DNA from: Verrucomicrobia bacterium UBA3783
Lineage (GTDB): Bacteria > Verrucomicrobiota > Kiritimatiellia > RFP12 > UBA1067
Direction of reading: 5' to 3'
DNA length: 64,000 nucleotides
NCBI GenBank assembly: GCA_002369235.1
Contig: DFFF01000021.1
Coordinates: 6,797-70,796, forward strand
Made by a program: the position numbers and the translations under genes
Shown here: piece after piece, positions 49,680-58,734 of the stretch
How the letters are laid out: the number at the start of each line of letters is the position of its first letter
How positions within the stretch are numbered: position 1 is the first letter of the stretch
The notes under the pieces: model-generated
Told to the model about the DNA's origin: nothing
The model's input: only the letters and a program-made list of their open reading frames with translations
Databases searched by the model: none

Positions 49680-50449
49680 CCAAGCGCATAATTCCTTGTC
49701 TCGACGTCCGTGGCGGACGGGTCACGAAGGGCGTGAAGTTCAAGAACAATGTGGATCTTGGCGATCCCGTGGAAATGGCTGTCAAGTATTCCGACGGCGG
49801 CGCCGACGAACTTGTCTTCTACGATATCACCGCGAGCGCGGAGCACCGGCCGATCGATATCGGCATGGTGGCGGCGGTGGCGAAATCGATCAGGATTCCG
49901 TTTGCGGTCGGCGGCGGCATTTCGTCGGTCGCGGACATGGAGCGCGTGATTTTGGCCGGTGCGGAGAAGATTTCGGTCAATTCGCTCGCGGTGCGCAATC
50001 CCGGCATTATCGCCGAAGGCGCGAAGGCTTTTGGGCGGCAATGCATGGTTTTGGGCATGGATCCGGTGCGGAGCGCGAATCCGGCCTGCAAGAGCGGGTA
50101 TGAAGTGACGACGCGCGGTTTTCGCGAGTGGACGGGCATGGACGCGGTGGAATGGGCGCGGCGGGCGGCGGAGCTGGGGGCTGGCGAAATTGTCGTGAAT
50201 TCGGTCGATGCCGACGGCACTCGCGCCGGGTTCGAGCACGAGATCACCGGCAAAATCGCCGCCGCGGTAGAGGTGCCGGTAGTCGCCTCGGGCGGCGCGG
50301 GAAGGCCGGAACATTTTGTCGGGGTGTTCAAGGAAACGGCTTGCGACGCGGCGATCGTCGCCGGCATGATCCACTCCGGCGAATGGACCCTGGCCCAAAT
50401 CAAAGACGCGCTTTTCGCCGCCGGAATCCCCGTGCGCATGATGTGGTAA
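49673..50449 (+). CDS. hisF: imidazole glycerol phosphate synthase cyclase subunit
   Basis: MLTKRIIPCLDV, FAVGGGI and VASGGAG are present. I chose the ATG at 49673, which overlaps the thiE end by 7 nt. Confidence 0.9.
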   Translation: MLTKRIIPCLDVRGGRVTKGVKFKNNVDLGDPVEMAVKYSDGGADELVFYDITASAEHRPIDIGMVAAVAKSIRIPFAVGGGISSVADMERVILAGAEKISVNSLAVRNPGIIAEGAKAFGRQCMVLGMDPVRSANPACKSGYEVTTRGFREWTGMDAVEWARRAAELGAGEIVVNSVDADGTRAGFEHEITGKIAAAVEVPVVASGGAGRPEHFVGVFKETACDAAIVAGMIHSGEWTLAQIKDALFAAGIPVRMMW

Positions 50450-50462
50450 ATTTCACCTCGTA

Positions 50463-50491
50463 TTGATTTTCTACCCGATTTTTGGTATAAT
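50463..50491 (+). promoter_or_regulatory. promoter TTGATT-N17-TATAAT (GATTTTTGGTATAATAC)
   Basis: It lies 89 nt upstream of the DUF481 gene. Confidence 0.65.
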
Positions 50492-50580
50492 ACGGATGAA
50501 TAAAGCACTTGGGGAGAAGGGACGAGGGAATCGGCCTTCTGCCTCGCATCCTGTACCTTTGAACTATGAAAGGAGACATA

Positions 50581-51615
50581 ATGAACAGTCAGTTGAAATT
50601 CGCGGCGGCGGTCATGGCGGCGGCTGTGGCGGCAAGCACGGCGTTGGCCGACAGGGTGAACCTGAAGTCGGGTTCGTTTTTGACCGGCAAGGCGGGGCTT
50701 ATCCAGAACGGAAAACTCGCGTTCGAGGCCGATGATATCGGCGAAATCAAGATCGACGTGAAGAATATCGTGTCGATCGAGGCCGAGGGCCAGACGCATG
50801 TCGTCCAGTATGAGGACATGTCCACCGAGACCGTGCCTTTGACCGTGACGGATGGCGAATATACGGTCGGCGGCGAGAAGCTGAACATGGACGGCGTCAA
50901 GGCGATCGATCCCGAAGAAGAGACGTGGCACGGGTCGGTGAACCTTGCGTTCCAGGCCGACCGCGGCAACACTTACGCGCATTCGATCTCGTTCCTCGCC
51001 AACTTGCACCGCCGCTGGGAGAAAGATCGCTTCAACGCGGACTTCGGCTACCATTACAATGAAAACGGCAAGAACAAGGACGACAGCAAGACCACCAAGA
51101 ACGCGCTGGATCTCGAGGCTCAGCACGATCACTTCTGGACTGCGAAGTTCTACTCCTACGAGAACGGCAAATACGACCGCGACCTGATTGCCGGAATCGA
51201 CTATCGCGTCAGGCTGGGCGTCGGCGGCGGCTGGCAGTGGCTTGACGGCTACGAGTGCGAGAATCTGGGCAAGTGGTCGTTCAACCAGGAAGTCGGTGCC
51301 GCGTGGACGAAGGTTGGCTACAAGGAAGAGCCGGACGACACGGACACGAGCTACTGCTCGGTGCACTACGCCCACCACTTGAAATTCCTGCCCGTGTTCA
51401 ACGATACGGTCGAAGCGTTCCACAATCTCCAGTACGATCCGGCGATCGACGATTGGGAAGTCTATACGATGGAGGCGGATATCGGCTTTACGGTCAAGAT
51501 CTGGTACGACTTCGATCTGCTCTGCAAGGCGGAGTGGGACTACAATTCGCGTCCTTCGCGCGGACGCAAGTCCAGCGACACCCGGTATATCGTGGGTCTC
51601 GGCTACAAGTGGTAA
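50581..51615 (+). CDS. DUF481-like outer-membrane beta-barrel protein
   Basis: It has a signal peptide, an alternating-hydrophobic beta-strand pattern, and WHGSVNLAFQADRGNT..DRFNADFGYHY typical of the DUF481/YdiY family. An SD (AAGGAGA) precedes the ATG at 50581. Confidence 0.65.
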   Translation: MNSQLKFAAAVMAAAVAASTALADRVNLKSGSFLTGKAGLIQNGKLAFEADDIGEIKIDVKNIVSIEAEGQTHVVQYEDMSTETVPLTVTDGEYTVGGEKLNMDGVKAIDPEEETWHGSVNLAFQADRGNTYAHSISFLANLHRRWEKDRFNADFGYHYNENGKNKDDSKTTKNALDLEAQHDHFWTAKFYSYENGKYDRDLIAGIDYRVRLGVGGGWQWLDGYECENLGKWSFNQEVGAAWTKVGYKEEPDDTDTSYCSVHYAHHLKFLPVFNDTVEAFHNLQYDPAIDDWEVYTMEADIGFTVKIWYDFDLLCKAEWDYNSRPSRGRKSSDTRYIVGLGYKW

Positions 51616-51618
51616 GGG

Positions 51619-53013
51619 ATGCGGGTCGCAATTGCCTATCCGCCGCTTGAAAGCGAAAAGGGCGTTGCGCTCCTGACGCAGAACCGCCAATTCCAGTGGT
51701 TCTCGCGTCCTACCTACATATTCCCGGTCGTTCCGGCGACGGCGGCGACGATGCTCAAGGCGAAGGGGCACGAGGTCCTCTTCCTCGACGGCATCGCCGC
51801 CGGGCTTCCGGCGCAGGAGTTCGACCGGCGACTGGCGGAATTCAAGCCTGACTACATCGTCATCGAGACGAAAACGCCCGTCGTGAAGCGCCATTGGCGC
51901 TGGATTGCCGAGCGGGCGCCGGAGGGCGCGAAGGTGATCATGGTGGGCGACCACGTGACCGCGCTCCCGGAAGAATCGATCGCCAAGCGCGGGGTTCATG
52001 CCGTTCTGTGCGGCGGCGATTGGGATTACATGCTCGTCGATTTCCTCGATGGAGACTGCCACGGCGGCATCTATCCGATGGTTCTGCGCCACGACCTGAA
52101 AGATGCGCCGTGGATCGATCGCGAGCTTGTGGACTGGAAATTGTACGCGTTCAAGAACGGCAATTTCCGCAAGACGCCCGGAACTTACATCATGTCGGGG
52201 CGCGACTGCTGGCATGCGCGCTGCAAATTCTGCAGCTGGACGACGCTATACCCCAAATACCGCACACGCGACGCGGTGGATGTCGTCGACGAGATCGAGA
52301 TGCTGGTGCGCAAATACGGCGTCAAGGAGATAATGGACGATTCCGGCTCGTTCCCCGTGGGCGAGTGGCTGAATGTTTTCTGCGCCGAGATGGTCAGGCG
52401 CGGACTGAACCGGCGTGTGCGCATCGATTGCAACATGCGCTTCGGGAAACTTGGATTCGCCGACTACCGGATGATGCGCAAGGCGGGATTCCGGCTGGTG
52501 CTTTTCGGGGTGGAGAGCGCGAATCAGGAGACGCTCGACCGGCTGGACAAGGCGCTCAAAGTTGAAGATGTGGAGCGCGGATGCGAGTGGGCGCACAAGG
52601 CGGGGCTGGACGTGCATCTCACGTTCATGTTCGGCCATCCATGGGAAGGCAAGGCGGAAATCGACAACACGGTGCGTTTCGCACGGCGTCTTTTGGCGAA
52701 CGGCTGGGCATCCACGCTCCAGTGCACGATGATGATTCCATATCCCGGCACGCCTCTTTTCAAGGAGTTGGAGGCGTCCGGCGGCCTTGCGACTGAAGAC
52801 TGGGACGAGTATGACATGCGCCGGGCGGTCATCAAGACGCCCAAGGCGTCGGAGGAGGAAATAAAGGCGGCGATCCGCAGCGTCTATGCCGGATTCCTGC
52901 AGCCGCGCGCGCTTCTGCACAGACTTTGCTCGACGCGGACGCTTTTCGATTTTTCGTTCTACTATCGCGGGGGGCGATCGCTCCTTGGGCATCTAATGGA
53001 CTTCAAATCATGA
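51619..53013 (+). CDS. B12-binding-domain radical SAM protein (class B-like) with CX4CX2C cluster motif
   Basis: It has an N-terminal flavodoxin-like B12-binding-type domain. The only cluster-like Cys triad is C197-WHAR-C202-KF-C205 (nt 52207-52233), and an Elp3/MiaB/NifB-type core follows. Confidence 0.7.
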   Translation: MRVAIAYPPLESEKGVALLTQNRQFQWFSRPTYIFPVVPATAATMLKAKGHEVLFLDGIAAGLPAQEFDRRLAEFKPDYIVIETKTPVVKRHWRWIAERAPEGAKVIMVGDHVTALPEESIAKRGVHAVLCGGDWDYMLVDFLDGDCHGGIYPMVLRHDLKDAPWIDRELVDWKLYAFKNGNFRKTPGTYIMSGRDCWHARCKFCSWTTLYPKYRTRDAVDVVDEIEMLVRKYGVKEIMDDSGSFPVGEWLNVFCAEMVRRGLNRRVRIDCNMRFGKLGFADYRMMRKAGFRLVLFGVESANQETLDRLDKALKVEDVERGCEWAHKAGLDVHLTFMFGHPWEGKAEIDNTVRFARRLLANGWASTLQCTMMIPYPGTPLFKELEASGGLATEDWDEYDMRRAVIKTPKASEEEIKAAIRSVYAGFLQPRALLHRLCSTRTLFDFSFYYRGGRSLLGHLMDFKS

Positions 53014-55055
53014 AAAACAAGATTGCGGTGTTCTGTATTTCGGTTTCGGTGGCGGCTGCGCTGGCGGCCGCGCCTGCCGCCAAGGTCGCGCCGGTGAAGC
53101 GCGATCTCGTCACGGTCAAGAACTACATCGTCAAGTCGGTCGGCCCCGAGGTCATCAAGGAAATCGGCGCGCGCGAGGGCGGCAAGGCGTTCCTCGACAA
53201 GTTCTTCAAAGATCAGGATTGGATGGAACAGTTCGCGGGATCTGGCATTGCCGGCGGCATCACGGCGTGGCGGGCGTCCGGAACGCCAAGCCTCGGCCAG
53301 AGTCTCAAGGCGCTCGATCTGCTTTACTGGAACGACAAGAAAGACTGGATGGACACCAAGACCGGGCGCAACATGACGACGGCGCTCGCGCTTTGCCACG
53401 CGCACGACTTCAGCGACGAAAAACTCGTTGAAATCGCCGAACTCTACCGCGAGTGGGATTTGAACGGGACGCTCCACACGAGCTCCAAGAGCCTTGACGT
53501 GCACGGCTGGCGCGAGGTGGTGAACTTCGGGCAGAACGCGGAGCTCAATGTCGATTCGCTCAAGTGGATACACGACTTCGCGACGGTGCCCGCGAGCAAA
53601 TACTCGGCGCTGCCCTGGGAGTGCCACTACCGGCTCATCAACTGCTTCGGGGCGAGCGTGCACGGCTCTGATTACTATCGCCCCTGGCAGCATCGCTGGT
53701 CGATCGAAGAACTCCGCTACCGGGTGGGCGGCGTCTGCGGCGCGCTCTCGAAATTCGGTTCGCACGGCGCCCAGGCGCACGGCATCCGCTCCTATACCGC
53801 CGGCCAGCCGGGCCATTGCGCGTATATGCTTTGGGATTTCAAGGAAAACCGCTGGGGTCACGCATATTCCGTCACCGGCCACACGATGGCCCACTTCACC
53901 TTGAGCGATACCCACCGCTTCACGGCGTCGGAGGAGCAGGACCGCTACTATCGCAATCCGCGCCGCATGGACGCGGAGTTCCTGCGCTGGAAGGGCGATT
54001 ACAAGAAGTCGATGCAGATGTGTCCGGGCAACTGGCAGGCGGCCGATGAATGGGTGAAGACGCTCGAGGGCAAAGGACGTCAGGAGTGGGACGAATTCGC
54101 ATCAACCGTGCTCGCCACGTTTTCCGACGCCCCGTGCCTTGGCTGGAGTCTCTACATGAAGTATCTCGATTCCTTCAACTCCGACACTGCGAAGAAGCTC
54201 GAGGCGGCGAAGAAGGGTCTCTTGGCGATGAAGGAATTCGCCGGCGGCACGGTCGAACCGATGTACCTTGATGAAACTCTGCTCGATCCGTTGTGCGCGA
54301 AGTTCAAAAACGACAAGAATGCGATGTGGACGATTTTCGAGACCGCCCTTGCCGGATATGCCAACACCCCGACTTTCTTCCGCCAGACGATCAACTGGGG
54401 CAGCGTCCATTTCATGTCGAATCAGGCAGACACCCAGCGCTACCTCAAGACGGTCGCGGCGGCGGCGCTCAAATACAAGTGCAACCTCGACTACTCCGGT
54501 ATGATCGTTTCCGCTTCCAAGGCGGGCGACATCGCGACGTTCAAACAGGTCTATGTGTTAATGGAGAAGCTCGCGCCCAAGGAAGGCGCCAAGGCCGGCG
54601 GCAAACCGTTCCCGAAACAGGACTACGGCGGCGAATTGCTTTCCGCAGACGGACTTTTGCAGACCTCTTCCACTTGCGGCTACGATTCGCCAACGCGCTA
54701 TCGCAATGCGCTTGATGCCGAGGACTTCGCCGAGATGTCCGCATTTCATACCGATAAATCCAAGGAGCCGTGGGCCCAGGTCTTGCTGCCCGGCGAAAGC
54801 TCGATTATGGGCGTGACGGTAGTCGACCGCGCCAGCGGCTACAACCAGACGCGCCAGGTGCCGCTTGAAGTTCTTGTTTCCACCGACGGCGTAGCGTGGG
54901 AGAAAGTCGGCAGCGCAGATACCCCCAAGGGCGAATACCGCTTCACGGTCGGCGGCAAGACGGCGAAGTATATCCGGGTTGGGCGCGTGAAGGACGCGAA
55001 GGAAGAGGTGTTCCACCTCCACAAGATTCTCGTCTATGGCAAGAAACTCTACTAG
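53010..55055 (+). CDS. secreted protein with transglutaminase-like Cys-protease core and C-terminal F5/8 type C (discoidin) domain
   Basis: It has a signal peptide. GGVCGALSKFGSHGAQAHGIRSYTAGQPGHCAYMLW fits the transglutaminase-core Cys...His spacing. The C-terminal ~130 aa fit the discoidin pattern (PWAQVLLPG..VLVSTDGVAWEKV..AKYIRVGR..ILVYG). The start is in an ATGA overlap. Confidence 0.55.
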   Translation: MKNKIAVFCISVSVAAALAAAPAAKVAPVKRDLVTVKNYIVKSVGPEVIKEIGAREGGKAFLDKFFKDQDWMEQFAGSGIAGGITAWRASGTPSLGQSLKALDLLYWNDKKDWMDTKTGRNMTTALALCHAHDFSDEKLVEIAELYREWDLNGTLHTSSKSLDVHGWREVVNFGQNAELNVDSLKWIHDFATVPASKYSALPWECHYRLINCFGASVHGSDYYRPWQHRWSIEELRYRVGGVCGALSKFGSHGAQAHGIRSYTAGQPGHCAYMLWDFKENRWGHAYSVTGHTMAHFTLSDTHRFTASEEQDRYYRNPRRMDAEFLRWKGDYKKSMQMCPGNWQAADEWVKTLEGKGRQEWDEFASTVLATFSDAPCLGWSLYMKYLDSFNSDTAKKLEAAKKGLLAMKEFAGGTVEPMYLDETLLDPLCAKFKNDKNAMWTIFETALAGYANTPTFFRQTINWGSVHFMSNQADTQRYLKTVAAAALKYKCNLDYSGMIVSASKAGDIATFKQVYVLMEKLAPKEGAKAGGKPFPKQDYGGELLSADGLLQTSSTCGYDSPTRYRNALDAEDFAEMSAFHTDKSKEPWAQVLLPGESSIMGVTVVDRASGYNQTRQVPLEVLVSTDGVAWEKVGSADTPKGEYRFTVGGKTAKYIRVGRVKDAKEEVFHLHKILVYGKKLY

Positions 55056-55983
55056 TTTCAAGGCGGTTATTCTCGCGGGCGGCTCCGGGACGCGCTTCTG
55101 GCCGCTTTCGACGCCATCGCGCCCGAAACAATTTCTGGGCGTATTCGGCGGCGAATCGCTCTTGCGGGCGACGGCGAGGCGGATGTTGCCGCTTGTCGAG
55201 GCGGATGGCGTTTTCGTCGTGACTGCGCGGGAGCTGGTCGGCGCCACGCGGCGCGAACTCAAGGGGCTGGTTCCGTCGGGGAACGTGATTGGCGAGCCAT
55301 GTCGGCGCGACACCGCCGCCGCGGTGGCGCTGGGCGTGGCGAAAGCCGGCGAGGGGACGATCGGGGTTTTTCCCGCCGACCATGTCGTCCTGCGCGAGGC
55401 GGCATTGCGCAGCGCCGTCAAGGCGGCGGCAAAACGCGCGGCGGGTTCGGCGAAGATCGTGACGCTGGGCATTGCGCCAAAGTCGCCATCGACGCAGTTC
55501 GGCTATGTGGACCCCAAGACCGGAAAATTTGCGGAAAAGCCAGACGGGCAAACGGCGCGTGAATATATCCGCAAGGGATTTTTGTGGAATGCGGGGATCT
55601 TCGTGGCGTCCTCGGAGACGTTCCGCGACGCGATATGTTCGTGCGCCGGCGGACTTAAGCCGATCTTCGCGCGCGGCGGCAGACTGGACGCGAAATACGC
55701 CGCCTTGCCGAAAATATCCTTCGATTTTGCCGTTATGGAGAAATATCCCCATATCGATGTCATCCCTTGCGATTGCGGCTGGAACGATGCCGGCGGATAC
55801 GATGCGCTGGCCGCGCTCAAGCCCGGGCTCGTTGATGACAGCGGCAATCTCGTGGTTGCGCCGGACGGCATGGAGGTCAAACTCCTGGGCGTGAAAAATC
55901 TCGTTGTCGCCGCCACCAGAAACGGGATTCTCGTCGCCGACCGCTCGCGGCTCGGCGAGATGAAGAGGCTTTTCGCCAAATGA
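55036..55983 (+). CDS. mannose-1-phosphate guanylyltransferase-type nucleotidyltransferase
   Basis: It has the NTP-transferase signature ILAGGSGTRFWPLS. At 315 aa it has no cupin/PMI domain. Confidence 0.75.
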   Translation: MARNSTSFKAVILAGGSGTRFWPLSTPSRPKQFLGVFGGESLLRATARRMLPLVEADGVFVVTARELVGATRRELKGLVPSGNVIGEPCRRDTAAAVALGVAKAGEGTIGVFPADHVVLREAALRSAVKAAAKRAAGSAKIVTLGIAPKSPSTQFGYVDPKTGKFAEKPDGQTAREYIRKGFLWNAGIFVASSETFRDAICSCAGGLKPIFARGGRLDAKYAALPKISFDFAVMEKYPHIDVIPCDCGWNDAGGYDALAALKPGLVDDSGNLVVAPDGMEVKLLGVKNLVVAATRNGILVADRSRLGEMKRLFAK

Positions 55984-56732
55984 AATACAAGGTGGTTATC
56001 GCTTACGACGGCACCGACTATTCCGGCTGGCAATATCAGGACAATGCGATCGGCATCCAGCAGATTGTCGAAGAGGTTCTGGAGTTCCTCGAGGGCGGCA
56101 AAGTGCGGATTTTCGGTTCGTCTCGGACCGATGCCGGCGTCCATGCGGAGGGATTCGTGGGGCACTTCGAGCTGACGAAACCGATCCCGCCGAAGAATCT
56201 CGTCCGGGCTATGAACACGCGGCTGCCGGACGCGATAAGGATCGTCAAGGCGTCGCGGGCCAAGGCGGATTTCGACGCCAGGCTCAGCGCGAAGGGCAAG
56301 GAATACCGCTACCGTGTCTATCAGGCGGAGATGGTGCCGCCGGAGATGGCGCGGTATTGGACGCACTGCCACCGTCCGCTGGATCTCGAGGCGATGCGCG
56401 CGGCGGCAAAGCGGTTCGTGGGTCGGCACGATTTCGTGTCATTCGCCGCGAATCCCAACCGTAAGCTAGATACCACCGTGCGCAACATATTTTCATTCGA
56501 GGTGAAGAAAGCAGGGCCTCGCTACACCTTCATAGTGCGCGGCGACGGATTTCTCTACAAGCAGGTTCGCTCGATGGTGGGATTTTTGCTTTCGGTCGGC
56601 AAAGGCAACGAGCGGCCGGAGGCGGTGACCGAGCTTTTGGAGGCGAAGACGCCGCGCACTGCGCGGGTCGAAACCGCGCCCTCGCGCGGCCTTGCGCTAT
56701 ACAAGGTTTTCTACGGCAAGATGCCAAAGTGA
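55980..56732 (+). CDS. truA: tRNA pseudouridine(38-40) synthase
   Basis: IAYDGTDYSGWQYQ is present, and GSSRTDAGVHA holds the catalytic Asp. The start is in an ATGA overlap. Confidence 0.9.
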   Translation: MKYKVVIAYDGTDYSGWQYQDNAIGIQQIVEEVLEFLEGGKVRIFGSSRTDAGVHAEGFVGHFELTKPIPPKNLVRAMNTRLPDAIRIVKASRAKADFDARLSAKGKEYRYRVYQAEMVPPEMARYWTHCHRPLDLEAMRAAAKRFVGRHDFVSFAANPNRKLDTTVRNIFSFEVKKAGPRYTFIVRGDGFLYKQVRSMVGFLLSVGKGNERPEAVTELLEAKTPRTARVETAPSRGLALYKVFYGKMPK

Positions 56733-56751
56733 TTTCAAAGGAACGCAAGAA

Positions 56752-57828
56752 ATGCTTTATTACGTTTCAGAACTGCTCCAACCCTATTTCGGTCCGGCCC
56801 GGCTTTTGTCGTCGCGCCTGCTGCTTCTGGCGGGCGGCACCTTCTTCGCCGCGCTGCTGATCGCCGTCTTCCTGCCGAAGCTTTGGTGCTTCCTGCCGCA
56901 CGACCACGGCAAGGCCATCCTCGGCAAAGACGGTATGAAATCCAAGGGCAAACCGACCGGCGCGGGATTTCTCGTGACGCTCCTTGCCTTGCCGGTGCTG
57001 ATCGTTTTCACGCCGATGGGTGTTTGGGATTTTTGCGTGCTGGCCTTCGTGTATCTCGCGATGGTTTTCGGTTTTCTCGACGACCGCAGCGCGGTGCCGT
57101 GGGGTGAACTCAAGAAGGGATTGCTTGATGCTGTATGCGCGATCGCAATCGCCTTCTTCCTCGCGATGGGCCACGGAACGCTCGTGTGGTTCCCGTTCGT
57201 GAAAGCGGTGTGGACGGTTCCGCTCTGGCTCTACGTGCCGGCGGCGGCAATGCTCCTTTGGTTCACGATGAACGCCACCAACTGCTCAGACGGCGTTGAC
57301 GGCCTCGCCGGTTCGCTGACGCTCATCAGCCTCGTGATTATCGCGGTTCTGCTGTATGCGGTGATTGGCTATCGTCCGGTCGCGCACTACTTCCTCATTC
57401 CCTGCAACCCGGCGGCGGCCAATTGGGCGATTCTCGTCATGACCGTGGCCGGAGGGTTCGGCGGCTATTTGTGGTTCAACGCCGAGCCGTCGCAGATCCT
57501 GATGGGCGACGCCGGCAGCCGCTTCCTCGGCATCCTCGTGGGCGCTGCGGTGCTCGTGACCGGCAACCCGCTGCTCATCCTCGCGCTCTCGCCCATCGTG
57601 CTCATGAACGGCGGCGGCGGACTCGTCAAACTGGTGATTCTCCGTCTGGCGAAGAGAGCAGGTTTTGAAATCGGCGACGACGCGGCAATCCGGCGCGTCA
57701 GATTCCCGCTGCACGACCACTGCAAGAAAAACCTCGGCTGGTCGAACGCCCAGGTGCTGATGCGTTTCGTGCTGTTGCAGCTTACGCTCATGCCGATTCT
57801 GCTGATCATCGTCCTCAAGGTGCGCTAA
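56752..57828 (+). CDS. MraY-family polyprenyl-phosphate phospho-sugar transferase (diverged)
   Basis: About 10 TM segments. Retained MraY motifs are FLDD, NATNCSDGVDGLAG and MGDAGSRFLG. The HHH motif reads PLHDHCKK and TPTMGG reads KPTGAG. I chose the ATG at 56752. Confidence 0.65.
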   Translation: MLYYVSELLQPYFGPARLLSSRLLLLAGGTFFAALLIAVFLPKLWCFLPHDHGKAILGKDGMKSKGKPTGAGFLVTLLALPVLIVFTPMGVWDFCVLAFVYLAMVFGFLDDRSAVPWGELKKGLLDAVCAIAIAFFLAMGHGTLVWFPFVKAVWTVPLWLYVPAAAMLLWFTMNATNCSDGVDGLAGSLTLISLVIIAVLLYAVIGYRPVAHYFLIPCNPAAANWAILVMTVAGGFGGYLWFNAEPSQILMGDAGSRFLGILVGAAVLVTGNPLLILALSPIVLMNGGGGLVKLVILRLAKRAGFEIGDDAAIRRVRFPLHDHCKKNLGWSNAQVLMRFVLLQLTLMPILLIIVLKVR

Positions 57829-58734
57829 GTGGTTTTCATCGCTTCAATACTGCTTCTGGCGCTCACGCGCGCCGAGATAATCGACAGGATGAAGGCGCCG
57901 CCGATCACGGTCGTGCAAGGGCTCGTGAGCGTCTACGGCGATTGCGGCAAGGAGCGCCGCCGCACTTTCCAGCAGCCTATCGCCATGTTCGCTGGCGATG
58001 TATGCCGCGATCTCTATCAGAAGAATTCGCTCAAGGAAAGCCGCTTTCCGGAACCGTGCATCGTCATCCATATCGGCGACAGTGAAGGCGGCGAAACGAA
58101 TGTCGTGACGCACGTTTCCAGGCGCGACGGCGACAAGCCGCGCTTCAAGATCCTTTTGCCTTCACCTGCGCATTCCGATATGGACGCGCTGCGGCTCGCG
58201 GTCGTGCGCGGATTCTGTCTGGCCGTCTTGGACAAGGAGCTCGATGACGCCGGCGCCAATGCTTTTTGCCGCAGTCTCGATCCCGTCCTTCGCGCCGAAG
58301 ACGACCTCGCCAAACTCGACGCATGGCGCGATGAAGGCGCAGTCGATGCGGAAACGAGCGATGAAGACATGCTCAAGGAAATGCGCAAGGTCCATGTCCC
58401 GGGCCGGATCCTCAAAAGCGAACTCCGGTCGTTCGCTTCCCGGCTTTATTTGCTGCCGGGCTTTCATCGCCATCGCTTCGCTGGCAAGTACGAGTGTGTC
58501 TCGTTCCGCGAGGCGATCGGGGTGCGCGAGGAAGATCCGCGAATACGGCTTGCCGCATACCGCAAAATCCCGGAACTCATAATCCATGGTGGCGGGCACG
58601 GCGAGGAGATGGACGCGGCCGTCGCCGCCTACTGCGAATTCCTCAACAAACTCGCGATCGGCACGGACGAAGCCAGGCTGCTCGAGGCTATGCTTGATGT
58701 GGCCGACAGGAAATTGAAAGAACTCGAAAAATGA
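57829..58734 (+). CDS. hypothetical protein with N-terminal signal/anchor
   Basis: It is tightly coupled to both neighbours and has a GC3-rich, coding-like frame. I recognise no family. Confidence 0.5.
   Translation: MVFIASILLLALTRAEIIDRMKAPPITVVQGLVSVYGDCGKERRRTFQQPIAMFAGDVCRDLYQKNSLKESRFPEPCIVIHIGDSEGGETNVVTHVSRRDGDKPRFKILLPSPAHSDMDALRLAVVRGFCLAVLDKELDDAGANAFCRSLDPVLRAEDDLAKLDAWRDEGAVDAETSDEDMLKEMRKVHVPGRILKSELRSFASRLYLLPGFHRHRFAGKYECVSFREAIGVREEDPRIRLAAYRKIPELIIHGGGHGEEMDAAVAAYCEFLNKLAIGTDEARLLEAMLDVADRKLKELEK

Noticed and set aside
50492-50580. The 89-nt leader of the DUF481 operon, which has alternative pairings (AGAAGG/CCTTCT, CGAGG/CCTCG), considered as a riboswitch.
   Set aside because: The stems are short and I recognise no aptamer consensus. 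Without covariation data it cannot be supported.
49819-52215. A 798-aa minus-strand ORF. Similar long minus-strand ORFs lie at 13775-16027, 24331-26235, 20362-22143 and 30120-31589.
   Set aside because: The reasoning is the same. Each lies antisense to well-supported + strand genes (hisF/DUF481/rSAM, priA, hisD/lpxL-like, miaB/dapB/fabH, acs2/ugd-like). Each has an R/H/A-biased composition and no motifs.
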